From assembly GCA_964016885.1 (NCBI GenBank), contig OZ024752.1, positions 33,604,001-33,668,000 on the forward strand: a stretch of 64,000 nucleotides of DNA. Reading direction: 5' to 3'. This DNA comes from Eledone cirrhosa (lineage: Eukaryota). How positions within the stretch are numbered: the stretch's first letter is position 1; each line of letters opens with the position of its first letter. This document shows positions 39,901 to 53,488 of the stretch, in pieces. The notes beneath the pieces were generated by a model. The model saw nothing but the letters and a program-made list of their open reading frames with translations. It was not told where the DNA came from and did no database searches. The position numbers and the translations under genes are program-made.

Positions 39901-40625
39901 GTCCCAGATTTCTGGTCTTTCCAATTGCTGACACTATCTACTGGTCCCAATAATATGTTAAACTTGATACAGTTGACCATGTCCCAGATTTCTGGTCTTT
40001 CCAATTGCTGACACTATCTACTGGTCACAATAATATGTTAAACTTGATACAGTTGACCATGTCCCAGATTTCTGGCCTTTCCAATTGCTGACACTATCTA
40101 CTGGTCACAATAATATGTTAAACTTGATACAGTTGACCATGTCCCAGATTTCTGGTCTTTCCAATTGCTGACACTATCTACTGGTCACAATAATATGTTA
40201 AACTTGATACAGTTGACCATGTCCCAGATTTCTGGTCTTTCCAATTGCTGACACTATCTACTGGTCACAATAATATGTTAAATTTGATACAGTTGACCAT
40301 GTCCCAGATTTCTGGCCTTTCCAATTGCTGACACTATCTACTGGTCACAATAATATGTTAAACTTGATACAGTTGACCATGTCCCAGATTTCTGGTCTTT
40401 CCAATTGCTGACACTATCTACTGGTCCCAATAATATGTTAAACTTGATACAGTTGACCATGTCCCAGATTTCTGGTCTTTCCAATTGCTGACACTATCTA
40501 CTGGTCCCAATAATATGTTACACTTGATACAGTTGACCATGTCCCAGATTTCTGGTCTTTCCAATTGCTGACACTATCTACTGGTCACAATAATATGTTA
40601 CATTTGATACAGTTGACTGTGTCCT
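33996..40625. repeat. 80-bp intronic satellite array, about 83 copies
   Basis: Unit TCCAATTGCTGACACTATCTACTGGTCACAATAATATGTTAAACTTGATACAGTTGACCATGTCCCAGATTTCTGGTCTT. Confidence 0.98.
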
Positions 40626-41188
40626 CAATTTCTCGTTCTCTGCTAATGTAAACACATTTATTAAGTTAGTAATTAATGTTGCATGATTTCACTTTATAGT
40701 AATATTCCAGTGTTTCTGGAGGAATTCCTGATTATATAATGTATGTATTTTAGTTTTTGATGTCTTTTCTTCTTCATAATAGAGTACATAGCAGAGTTAG
40801 TCTTAGTTTGTTGTCACATAACAGAGTTAGTCTTAGTATATTATTACATATTGTGATCTACCGGTCACAACTCCTGGCAGAAGGAAGGAACTGATCATTA
40901 GATCAGACCAAGGAAACAATGTTTCCATTGGTTTTTTCATTGCTGATACTATCTACCTGTCACAACTCCTTGTTATAAATTGAGCTTTCTTACAGACCTA
41001 ATATAATATTTTGGTTGTAGAAATATCACACAGAGCAGCTTCCTAAACCTGTTAGCATCACTCCACACATCTGATTTTAAATTTATAAGTAAAAGTGATG
41101 AATAATGTGTTTTTTAGAGTTTTGTGTGTAAGTCATTTTTTTGTTATTTTTTTTTTTTTTAAAATAAATTCTGAATCTTCTAAGTTTG

Positions 41189-41219
<31 letters not shown>

Positions 41220-41223
41220 ACAG

Positions 41224-41336
41224 AATTGTCTCAACCTACTTAGTCCACCATGGCTTCTGCTCCACTGCAGAAGCTTTCGCTAGATCTGCAGGACAGTCCT
41301 TCGAAGAAGAAATCACCTCAATAAAAAACAGACAAA
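41224..41336 (+). CDS. RANBP9: RanBP9/10 exon, LisH motif
   Basis: (CT)n-acag| acceptor, |gtaagt donor; [37 protein letters not shown]. Confidence 0.96.
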
Positions 41337-42310
41337 GTAAGTTGTAGCTACAATATGACTGAAAGAACATTCTATCAAGGGAGAAGTCTATCCCTCTCTT
41401 TTTTCTTTTCTTTTTTCATTTTTTTTTCTTTTTTCTAATCAATAAAAGTCTTCATATTTACTACAGTATATATAAAATTTAGATAAACTGTAATGATAAG
41501 TTAATCAAACTAGAATTAAATGTATTTAGTGATGTGTATTTAGTTGTGTGGATGAAAATGGCATCATGCTTTAATGGTATTTAGTTTGACTTTCCCTTCT
41601 CTCCAAATTGTTGACCTTGTCTAAATCAGAAACCATTATATATATTAAGAATTTAATTTTGTAAAATATTAGTAAAATATTGTATTTTCATGGTAAAGGC
41701 TTTACCTCACATAATATTGAATCTTTGAAATTTTGATATTATTTATTTTGAGAACAATACCTTAACATCAGTAAGAGCAGTAGGTTACAGCCAGTTTGAA
41801 CAGAAAGAGGTGAAAGAACTCTGGCCGGATATGGCTGGTTTAAATGCTAAAGGGTTAAATAACTGTTGAATACTCTTTCCCTCTTTTGTCCACATATATA
41901 TATACATCATCATCATCATACGTCCATCTTCCATGCTAGCTATATATATAGAATTAGTTGAGGATAAGCTAATGTTAAACCATTTCTGATTGGTAGTTCC
42001 TCTTTCCCTTCCAATGAGAATTCATTGATTGGATCTTAAGGTTATATTTATATAAACACATCTCAACATTTGAATCACTTAAGGCATTTTATTAAACTTT
42101 ACACACTGTTGCTTCTCAGAAATTGGTGCTGTTACATGGCCAAAATCAATATATTGGTGATTGCTGTATAAATAATGCATGCTAGTCAATCAATATCTAA
42201 CAAGAATTGTTTCTCTAACAAAGAAAATATTAATTGCATTCAATAAATGTAAATTTTTTTAACTCAACCTTTTTTATCAAAGAAAAGTTCCTTCCCTCTA
42301 TTTCTGGTAT

Positions 42311-42744
42311 TACGAGGGTTGGCTGACTAAGATACTCCCTGGAATGACCAAATGAGGCCTATTTTTTCAACATAGTCCCTGGAAAAGAAAAATGCAATTA
42401 CTCCTTCATAGTTAGCCTATGACCAAAATACTCTCTTGGAATGACCAAATGAGGTTTATTTTTTCTAACAAAGTCCCTGGAAAGAAAAAAAATGCAGTTA
42501 TTAATAAGAAGAGTTGAAATTAAGGCATGCAAGATTTCACAGCTCTAGCATCACTCCTTCATAGGCTGAACAAGATACTCTCTTGGAATGACCAAATGAG
42601 GTTTATTTTTTCTAACAAAGTCCCTGGAAAGAAAAAAAATGCAGTTATTAATAAGAAGAGTTGAAATTAATGCATGCAAGATTTCACAGCTCTAGCATTA
42701 CTCTTTCATAGTCAGCCTATGAACCTTTCAGCCAACTCTTGTAG
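42311..42744. mobile_element. Mariner-type MITE with internal duplications
   Basis: TACGAGGGTTGGCTGA ... TCAGCCAACTCTTGTA. Confidence 0.75.
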
Positions 42745-42828
42745 ATTCAGATTAATAGAACAGTTCATTATATGAAATTTGTTCAGGTTTTCACTGACTT
42801 CAAAACTATTTTCTTTACTTTACTGTAG

Positions 42829-43398
42829 AAATACAAAAGCTGGTTCTTGCTGGTCGTATGGGTGAAGCAATTGACACAACACATCAGCTTTACCCTGGAT
42901 TGTTGGAAAGACGAGCCAACTTACTATTTATGCTCAAATGTAGACAGTTTATCGAAATGGTCAATGGTACAGACAGTGAAGTGCGAGGTGCTGCAATTCG
43001 AAGTCCCAAATCTCATGGTGGAAGTAGCCGTTCCAGTCCAAGTATGAGTCCTAGTCACCATGGTAGTGGCTACAGTTATCTAGCTCATAGGTCTGTCACA
43101 CAGTCTGTTCCCACCGGCAACAGCCCAAATCGAAATCTAATTAACAAAGGGCACAGTTCCAGCTGTTCCCAAAATAGCGATCCCCAAGCATTGTCAGAGT
43201 CTGCCATGAATGCTGCTAATGCTGCCATGAATGGAAGCAACAATAACAATGTTCCATCAAGACTTATTGAAAATGAAGATATTGAAATGAGTGATGGACT
43301 CTCCTCCTCAGGGAATGGTACCATGAGTAATGGTACTGCTGAAGTTACATATGCTAATGGAAATACATGTGATGATTATGATGATACAGAAGATATGG
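42829..43398 (+). CDS. RANBP9: RanBP9/10 exon, CTLH domain plus Ser/Asn-rich linker
   Basis: tgtag| ... |gtaagt; [52 protein letters not shown]... Confidence 0.96.
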
Positions 43399-44355
43399 GT
43401 AAGTATCAACTGTTGCCGTTTTTGTTCTGATTTCCAGTGCTGCCAAGGTTAGCTTTGCCTTTCATCGTTACAGGGGACGATAAAATAAAGTACCAGTAAT
43501 GCACTGAGATTGTTTTACTCGACTTTCCCCTCTCCAAAAAAAAAAAAGCATGTTGGCCTTGTACCTAAATCAGAAACTGATTATTCATTCAGTAATGCAG
43601 CTAAACATTTTGTAGGTTTTCTGTAGTGAGAAAAACAAAACAAAACAAAACAAAAAACAAAACAAAACATTAAAAAAAAATCAATTTTACTCCTCAAACA
43701 AAATGTTTTGAGGCTGCAAGGTTTTAGGTTGTTATATTATTATGTGAATGTTTTTAATATCAGAATGATGATACATATTGAATAGCTTAGCTAGAGATAG
43801 TAGAACAAGTTTGTTTTAAACAGATTCCCTGCCAAACACCAGATATAAAGTGAGATCAGTATCCAATTTCAACCAGATAGTTTGAAGTAAATATATTACT
43901 AGTGTGTCCAAGAACTCAATACAATAATAAGTGCAGAAATGGATGTTGTTTTGTTTTTTATTTAAATTCAACAGTCCAGTTTGTTTCTAATAATGATGAA
44001 ATCAGAAAGAAAATGTTTCATTGTTCATTGAATTCACATTTCTTACTAAATGGCAGTTGACTGACAGAATCAGTAGAGCGTCGGACAACATGCTTTGTGG
44101 CATATAGTTATGGCCCTTTACGTTCTGAGTCTAAATCCCACCAAGGTTAATTTTTCCTTTCATCCTTACAGGGTCGATAAAATAAAGTACCAGTAACACA
44201 CTGGGGTCGATTTAATTGGCTTTCCCCTCCCTCAAAATGGTTGGCCATGTGCCTAAATCTGAAACCATTTCTTCCCAACGTATTGATTGGAGAGAAGAGA
44301 CTATATTGTTTGTGGTTACTTTCTAAGGCTGTTGTTAAATAGAGATAGAATGAAG

Positions 44356-44982
44356 TCTATCCTGGTTTCATGGTGTGAAGTGACTGAAAGTACAAGACTT
44401 CCCCCTGGACAGGACACCAGTCCATCACAGGGTTATGTTAAGTCTAAAGTCTGTCTTAAGCCAGAAGGATGTTAGGTCGGTAGTTATCCTGGTTTCATGG
44501 TGTGATGTGACTGAGAGTACAAGACTTCTCCCTGGACAGGACACCAGTCCATCACAGGGTTATGTTAAGTCTAAAGTCTGTCTTAAGCCAGAAGGATGTT
44601 AGGCCGGTAGTTATCCTAGTTTCATGGTGTGATGTGACTGAGAGTACAAGACTTCCCCCTGGACAGGACACCAGTCCATCACAGGGTTATGTTAAGTTTA
44701 AAGTCTGTCTTAAGCCAGAAGGATGTTAGGCCGGTAGTTATCCTAGTTTCATGGTGTGATGTGACTGAGAGTACAAGACTTCCCCCTGGACAGGACACCA
44801 GTCCATCACAGGGTTATGTTAAGTTTAAAGTCTGTCTTAAGCCAGAAGGATGTTAGGCCGGTAGTTATCCTGGTTTCATGGTGTGATGTGACTGAGAGTA
44901 CAAGACTTCCCCCTGGACAGGACACCAGTCCATCACAGGGTTATGTTAAGTCTAAAGTCTGTCTTAAACCAGAAGGATGTTT
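44356..44982 (-). repeat. 5 x 127-bp tandem array derived from the 3' half of SINE family C
   Basis: Unit contains AAAGTCTGTCTTAAGCCAGAAGG...GGTTTCATGGTGTGA...CCCCCTGGACAGGACACCAGTCCATCACAGGGTT. Confidence 0.88.
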
Positions 44983-45028
44983 GGTTTGTATTTATTTGTA
45001 TGATACATTAAGAATATTTCTTCTGCAG

Positions 45029-45180
45029 AAGTGGATTCTCCGTCGCAGAAACGACAGCTGTGTGGCGGTAGTCAAGCAGCAATAGAGAAGATGCTACAGT
45101 TTGGTCGTGAGCTTCAGGGAATGAGCTTGCAGTTACGGAGACAGTATGGCAAGAATGAGACCAATAAAAGAGCTTTGTTG
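45029..45180 (+). CDS. RANBP9: RanBP9/10 exon, start of CRA domain
   Basis: ctgcag| ... |gtgaga; (E)[50 protein letters not shown]. Confidence 0.95.
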
Positions 45181-45362
45181 GTGAGATGGCTTTTTTTTTT
45201 TTTTTGTATATATATATTTATTATATTGTTTATGTTTATCTAAAAAAATCCTTTTGTTTTTTTTTGTGGTGGCGGTGGGGTGTCAGGTTTCTTGTTTGAG
45301 GATAGCTTTCTCAATTAGTCCCACCAGTTTTGAAGACCCATTAAAGGGGCCATTGTCTAAAC

Positions 45363-45522
45363 CAGAGGTTCTCAACTTTTTGGCCCACTGCTCCCTTCAC
45401 AGCCACGTAATACTCTGTGCCCCCCAACCTATTTCCAAAGAGACCTGCCTCTACACACCAGTACCCCCTGGATCATCTCAATGCCCTCAGGGGGATGGTA
45501 GCACCCACTTTGAGAATCTCTG
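45363..45522. mobile_element. hAT (Charlie-like) MITE
   Basis: TIRs CAGAGGTTCTCAA / TTGAGAATCTCTG; TSD GTCTAAAC/GGCTAAAC. Confidence 0.8.
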
Positions 45523-46278
45523 GGCTAAACAATAAAATAAGTTATTTTGATTATATTTAAAGTTCATTCTCATCTAAATCTTTTCTATTAACTTTAACCC
45601 TTTAGTATTTACATTACTCTATATTTACTATTGTATTTTCGTGGTAAAGGCTTTACCTCACATAATATCGAATCTATGAGATTTTGCTGCTATTTAATTT
45701 GAGAACAATACCTTAACATCAGTATGAGTGGCCAGTTACAGCCAGTTTGAACAGAAAGAGGTGAGAGAATTCTGGCCAGATATGGCCGGTTTAAATGCTA
45801 AAAGGTTAATTATAAATACACTTTATGAGGTGTTAATTATCGAGTATATATTTGTCTTTTATCTTTTACTAAGTAATCTTTAGTGTAGCTTTAGATTCTT
45901 CAACTGGTTTCCTCTCCTACCACTGCCAGCATCTGTTTATGTATACTGAATACTACTGCAATCAGAGAACCAAAGGTTTCATTATCAGTAAAGCACACTC
46001 CCTTATCCCCCCCCCCCCCCCCCCAAACACACACACACACACACACACTTCTCTTGATTAGAATTATTCTAGCCATCAACTATCCAACTATCGAAATTAG
46101 TTTCTACTGTCCTTTCTTTTGCCTTTAAAGTATTACTTTATCCTTTATTTATATATTTTATTTATTTCTCACGAAAGATAAAGACCGACTTTGTCTTAAA
46201 GTTATAAATATCTCAGGTTATTTTTGTATGGTTCCTGTTTACTTATATATACTTCTTTTTGTTTTGTTTCTTTTAAAG

Positions 46279-46390
46279 AATGCCTTCAGTCTGTTAGCTT
46301 ATGCAGACCCCTGGAACAGTCCTGTTGGCTATCAATTGAATCCAGTACAAAGGGAACCTGTATGTGCAGCACTTAATAGTGCTATCTTAG
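46279..46390 (+). CDS. RANBP9: RanBP9/10 exon, CRA domain
   Basis: ttttaaag| ... |gtaata; [37 protein letters not shown]. Confidence 0.96.
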
Positions 46391-47437
46391 GTAATATTTT
46401 TATTATTATTTGTTCTTTGATCGTTATCATTGTTTAACATCTATATTTCCAAGCTTGCATGGGTTAAACAGGTTGTCACATCATTATGAAACAATTCAGT
46501 TCAGGTGTCCATGTTATGTTCATATGGATCTGTATTTTGGCTTGGTTTCTACAGATGGATGTCCTTCCTATCACCAACCACATTACAGTGAGGACTGGGA
46601 GTTTTTTGGTTTTTTTTTCTGGCACCAGCACTAGAGAGGTTGTTGTGGATTTGATTCCTGTACTGGGCTGTGTGTTGTGTTCTTGAGCAAAATACTTCAT
46701 TTCATGTTGCTCCAGTATACTTAGCTGAAAATAAGTGCCAGCAATAGCTGGATGTTTAACCCCTACAATGGAGTGGAGTCCTATCCAGGGGGAGTCATGT
46801 ACTCTCAATTGCTTCACATCATGGAAACTGAGATAAGCATTGCCTTGTGGGCTTGGGACAGACTTTAGGCTTGTTTTAGAGAGTGTAACCAGTCATAAGG
46901 CAGGTAATTTTGGAAGTATATTTTTTCCGCCATTACCAACATTGGGTAAGGTTATAGAAGTAAAATAAATATAATTTCATGGGGCTTATACAAAATAAAG
47001 AAATGAATATTAATTTTGAAAATAAAAATAATTAACTTAAAATAAGATTTAAAAAGAGCAACAAATTTCTCATTTGTAGTACTGTGATAATGAAGAGGGG
47101 TGTGGGATTTCTAATTGAGCTATATTTTCACTATAGTTATGTATAAAATATAATCACATATTTAATATGTAGGTAACTTTGATAGGTTTCAGCCAGTATT
47201 GGCCTAGGCCATATCTAACTTAGTAGCACCACCTGGTATGTAAACATGTTAGAAAATACTGATTTCCTTGTAAATTGAAAAAACGATAAACACCTTTAAT
47301 CGATTTTTGGATCTGATTGGACCCTCATCAGTTGTGTATATAGGTAGTAGGTAAGTAGAACATAGACCAGTGAGAGAGAGATTTAAGTTGTTCTTATCAC
47401 TGTCTAATCTTTGATTTTTTTTCCTTCTCTTTTTTAG

Positions 47438-47568
47438 AATCGTATGGGCTTCCAAGACAACCTCCACTTGAAGTGGCCATTGGTCAAGCGACAGAATGTA
47501 TGAAGCTAATGTCAAAAGCTGGTGTAGGTTCATGTGCGTTTGCTGGCATTCAAGACTACCTACACTGA
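47438..47568 (+). CDS. RANBP9: RanBP9/10 terminal coding exon
   Basis: tttttag| acceptor; (E)[42 protein letters not shown] then TGA; RanBP9-like DYLH C-terminus. Confidence 0.95.
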
Positions 47569-48375
47569 TGGTTAATGATTAAACTTAAAAAAATCATGCC
47601 TCCTTGTATTTTTCCCCTTGCCTAGGGAATAGATAAGGACCTTCATGCTGGGCTCAGCAACAATGGACTGGGAGATGAGACTAAGTGTATATTATATAGT
47701 TGCATGCTTGAATGAGTTTGACATCATCAAACATTGATTGTGTAAAATTGATTGAACGATCACCGTCATTGTACTCAGTGAAAATTAGATTACTTCTTCT
47801 CAAACGACTGTCATACTGCATGTGTACGCTAAGTCACTAAGTGGAATAAATCTGTTATTAGTTGTACGATGTTGTGTGTGACAGTGAATGGTTGGATGTC
47901 TCCACCGTTGCTGGAGCTCTTACAAAGGCCACTGGAAAGGACTCCTGCCAATCACCGTCCTTTGAGTGGCCACTGGAATATTGCTGTTGTGTATTGAGCT
48001 AAGGTTTGTGCCAGCATTGGAGGAAAGAGATCAACAGATCAACACTTGCAGCTCTAAAAGGAAGCATACTATTGAAACTTTCCCCCCGCCCGCCGCCATT
48101 TTTTTCTTCTCCTTTTCTAAATTTCAATGTATGTCCTTTGTTCTGTTGTGTGTGGAGATGGAATTAGCCACAAAAGATGGACTTCAGTACCTCAGTGGGT
48201 TTTGCTAGAAAAGGTAGCTTTTAATTTATTACATTGCATACGTTCTTAAATCTACATATTCTTCTCTTGCAATCATTTATCCTTCCTCTCATTTTTTATT
48301 ATCCTTTTTTTTTTTTTTTTTGTCCCATTAAAAAAAAAAAAACGAAACAAAACAAAAAAATACTTTTAAAACCTC

Positions 48376-48381
48376 AATAAA
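48376..48381 (+). promoter_or_regulatory. Candidate polyadenylation signal of RanBP9/10 (others near 47845 and 53.6-53.9 kb)
   Basis: AATAAA about 0.8 kb after the stop; real usage cannot be determined from sequence. Confidence 0.35.
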
Positions 48382-48503
48382 ACAATCTCTTACTCTTGTG
48401 TTAGCTGCATTTAAAATATGACAGTACATTGCCTTTGGTAATCAACCACAATAAAATGATACCTGTTTTGGTTTACATTGAAATGGGCTTTTCCAAATTT
48501 TTC

Positions 48504-48506
<3 letters not shown>

Positions 48507-48564
<58 letters not shown>

Positions 48565-49195
48565 CATAAATATGATATATATATATATATATATATAATA
48601 CATAAATATGATATATATATTATATATATATATAATACATAAATATGATATATATATATTATATATATATATATAATACATAAATATGATATATATATTA
48701 TATATATATATAATACATAAATATGATATATATATATATATAATACATAAATATGATATATATATTATATATATATATATATAATACATAAATATGATAT
48801 ATATATTATATATATATATATATATAATACATAAATATGATATATATATTATATATATATATATATATAATACATAAATATGATATATATATTATATATA
48901 TATATATATATAATACATAAATATGATATATATATATTATATATATATATATAATACATATGATATATATATTATATATATATATATAATACATAAATAT
49001 GATATATATATATTATATATATATATATAATACATAAATATGATATATATATATTATATATATATATATAATACATAAATATGATATATATATATTATAT
49101 ATATATATAGTACATAAATATGATATATATATTATATATATATAATACATAAATGATATATATATTATATATATATATAATACATAAATATGATA

Positions 49196-49226
<31 letters not shown>

Positions 49227-49918
49227 ATACATATGATATATATATTATATATATATATAATACATAAATATGATATATATATTATATATATATATATAAT
49301 ACATAAATATGATATATATATTATATATATATATAATACATAAATATGATATATATATTATATATATATATAATACATAAATATGATATATATATTATAT
49401 ATATATATATAATACATAAATATGATATATATATTATATATATATATAATACATAAATATGATATATATATATATATATAATACATAAATATGATATATA
49501 TATTATATATATATATATAATACATAAATATGATATATATATTATATATATATATAATACATAAATATGATATATATATTATATATATATATAATACATA
49601 AATATGATATATATATTATATATATATATATAATACATAAATATGATATATATATTATATATATATATAATACATAAATATGATATATATATATATATAT
49701 ATAATACATAAATATGATATATATATTATATATATATATATAATACATAAATATGATATATATATTATATATATATATATAATACATAAATATGATATAT
49801 ATATTATATATATATATATAATACATAAATATGATATATATATTATATATATATATATATAATACATAAATATGATATATATATTATAGATAAATATGAT
49901 ATATATATTATATAAATA

Positions 49919-49961
<43 letters not shown>

Positions 49962-49985
49962 ATTATGATATATATATATATATGT
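48507..49985. repeat. Hybrid TA-microsatellite/minisatellite
   Basis: Anchor TAATACATAAATATGATAT repeated more than 30 times, separated by variable (TA)n. Confidence 0.93.
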
Positions 49986-50248
49986 ATATACTATTTTGCA
50001 TCTTAACATAAGCTACCATAACATAAGCCTTCTTTAAATCATTTCATCACTGATTCTATTTGATGTTTTATATCTTAACGACCTCCATTTCTTGACACTA
50101 AATTATTTGTTTTAGTTTTTTTTGAAATTAGATAGTTTCAAGATTATATTTTATAATGTCTTCTCTTTTATTATCATTATATTAATTTGCTTAGCCAGTT
50201 TAATTCTCATTAAGTGACACTATACCTATCTATATATGTATATAGATG

Positions 50249-50284
<36 letters not shown>

Positions 50285-50315
50285 TGTATATATATATATA
50301 TAGATGTATATATAG

Positions 50316-50376
<61 letters not shown>

Positions 50377-50688
50377 CAGATATAAAAACATGAACTTTAG
50401 TTTTAAGTTTGATGATATTCCAAAGGAATGTTTAGGTAATAAAAGTTCTTGGATGTTCTTGAATAGTCATCAGGCTGGACAGAGAGAGAGAGAGAGAACA
50501 GATTTGGAAAGGATTGAATTTTAGCTAGATAATTAACAAACATAATGGAAGCTTTTCATTTCTTGCAATAGTGTGTGTATGTGTTTGTATGTATATATAT
50601 ATGTGTGCGTGTATATATATATATTAGTACTGATTAAAAGTTTAAGCAATTAATTTCTGCTTTTATCGTAAGTGGGATCATCTGATTG

Positions 50689-50725
<37 letters not shown>

Positions 50726-52024
50726 TATATATATATATACATATTTATCATATTTTTATATTATATATAATATATATATATAATATATATATATATAATA
50801 TATATATGTAATATATATATATTATTATTTCTACAGAAATACTTAACGCACACACACACACACACCTATATTTATATATATATATATATATATAAAATTT
50901 AGAAAATCTAGCAGGTTGCCAAAACCAAGATAAAACTAAACTAGATATATGTTGATTTAACAAATTATTTTCATATTTATTCTCCAGTTCTGTTGTTTTT
51001 TTTTGTGTTTGTTTGTTTTTTAACTTTCTCAAACTACATCAAGATTTTGTTTCATATCATTTTTTTTTTTTTTACTTAAGGTAAATTAGAATATTACTGA
51101 AATTTTATATTATTTATTTTTTATATATAAAACAAGTCTTGACTCAATGAAATGATGCTAACTTTCTCTCTATCTCTTTTTAATTTTATATTTATAGAGA
51201 TTATAACCTACCTAATGAAAGTAGTTCAAAAATTAAAATGTTCACTTTACCAAATTGATTTTATTTTATTTTTTTTTTAATTTCATTTAATTTGTTTTGT
51301 TTTGTTTTTTTTTTTTGTTTTTTTTTTTAAAGAAAAAACAAAGCAACAAAACGTTATCATAAATATTATGTAGTGAATATTTTAGTTTTATTTTAAGTTT
51401 TTGAGTGGCTGAATCTTAAGCTCAGACGAAGGTTTGCATCAGTTGGGATGCACTGTTTTCGATTAAAAAAAAAAATATATAATAATAAAAATAAGGAAGA
51501 CTAACAGACATTGTCATCGGACTTGTGGTATTGATCTCCTGAGCAGCCTTTCAATGAAGTGCCTTCCAGACTGGCAGATCTAAAACAACTGTATTTGCTG
51601 GCCATTGTTGAACTCTCTGCAGCAGCCTGACAAAGAAAATAGGGTGACATTTCCTTTGCTCCTCTACCTCCTCCTCCTCCTCTGTCTATTCTTCTTATAC
51701 TACTACTACTACTAGTAGTTGCTAATGTACTGTTAGTGACCCTTAATTCCAGAGCAGCAATATGTCACCTCAATTTTTTCCTCTCTTCTTCTGACACTAC
51801 CAAATAAGTGTTTAAGCGTCGCATCACTCTCTTCATTTCTTCTTCTTCTTCTTCTTCTTCCTGCCTCACACTTCCTCTCCCTTACCCTCTTCATCTCCCT
51901 CTCCTTACCACTCTCTTCCTCCTCTTCTCTTTTTCTCCCTCACCCCCCCTCCCTCCCCACCCCCTCTTTATCTCCTATGTGATACCTGAATGTAACTGTA
52001 TTATCTCTTCACCTTTCACACTAC

Positions 52025-52740
52025 ACCCAGCTGTGTCACAACAACACTACATCAATATCCTGTGACACAGTTATGCTGTCTTATCTTATGTCACACTCGT
52101 GTCACCGTGTCACTAAAGTACAGTCTTACTTTACACATTTCTGTGATACAACACTGTATTGTTACTTCATGTTACAACACTAGTTTCAGTAGTGTGTCAC
52201 AACACTGTACAGTGTTAATGTGTTACACTAGATTTCTGTGTCACAACACTGAACAGTGTTAATGTGTTACACTAGATTTCTGTGTCACAACACTGAACAG
52301 TGTTAATGTGTTACACTAGATTTCGGTGTCACAACACTGTACAGTGTTAATGTGTTACACTAGATTTGTGTCACAACACTGTACAGTGTTAATGCGTTAC
52401 ACTAGATTTCTGTCACAACACTGTACAGTGTTAATGTGTCACACCAGATTTCTGTGTCACAACACTGTACAGTGTCACAATGTTGTACAGTGTCAGTAAA
52501 GTATAACACTACAGTGTCAGCAGTGTGTCACAACCCTACATTCTGTGTCACAACACCGTACAGTGTTAGTAAACCGTTGTTACTAGAGATTTCTGTGTTA
52601 CTGTATTACTATACAGCACAAATTCTATGACAAACACTGTACCGTGAAATAGAATAGGTTGTGTGACCTCGTCATGTGATACCGTGTGAATTAGCTGTGT
52701 GTCACTCAACATTTCTCTGTCACAACACTGAACAGTGTGG
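52025..52740. repeat. 44-bp minisatellite with a palindromic core, degenerate at its edges
   Basis: GTGTCACAACACTGTACAGTGTTAATGTGTTACACTAGATTTCT. Confidence 0.85.
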
Positions 52741-53230
52741 TATGGTTTCTATTTCACATGACCAGCCTGGCCCCTCATGTGATACTGTTATCAAGTAGTG
52801 AGTTTCTGTTCCATTTATATGTACAGGTGTGTACACACACACACACACACATACATACATATATACGCACATACATACTGTCTCTTGCACATACATAGAT
52901 ACATTCATGCATATATATACACAATTTTAATGACAGCTGTCTCATTTTTGTGTATTCATATGCATACGCATACACATATGCATGTACAATTACCTCCAGA
53001 TAGACACATACGCACATACATGTGTATACACGTACAAATACAGCATGATGGTATTGACAAGTGTCTCATGTTTGTGTACTGATGTGTGTGTGCGCGCGCG
53101 CGCACGAACACACACATGTACAACCACCTCCATTTAGGCACATATATACATGTATACACACAGCGCAAAGGTAATGACAGGTGTGACATTTTTGTTCAGT
53201 TTGGTCGTGTCACACATGAATTCAGGGCAG

Positions 53231-53287
<57 letters not shown>

Positions 53288-53361
53288 CACATATATACAC
53301 ACACATACACACATACACACACACATTACATCTATCTCTCTATATATATATGCACCTATTA

Positions 53362-53401
<40 letters not shown>

Positions 53402-53439
53402 ACACACACACACATATATATATATATACACATATATTA

Positions 53440-53488
<49 letters not shown>

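Noticed and set aside
33996-40625. CRISPR-like array
   Set aside because: Units are contiguous with no unique spacers, there are no cas genes, and the context is a eukaryotic intron
47566-47625. Stop-codon readthrough of RanBP9
   Set aside because: TGA-T context is not a readthrough motif, and the protein ends at the expected DYLH
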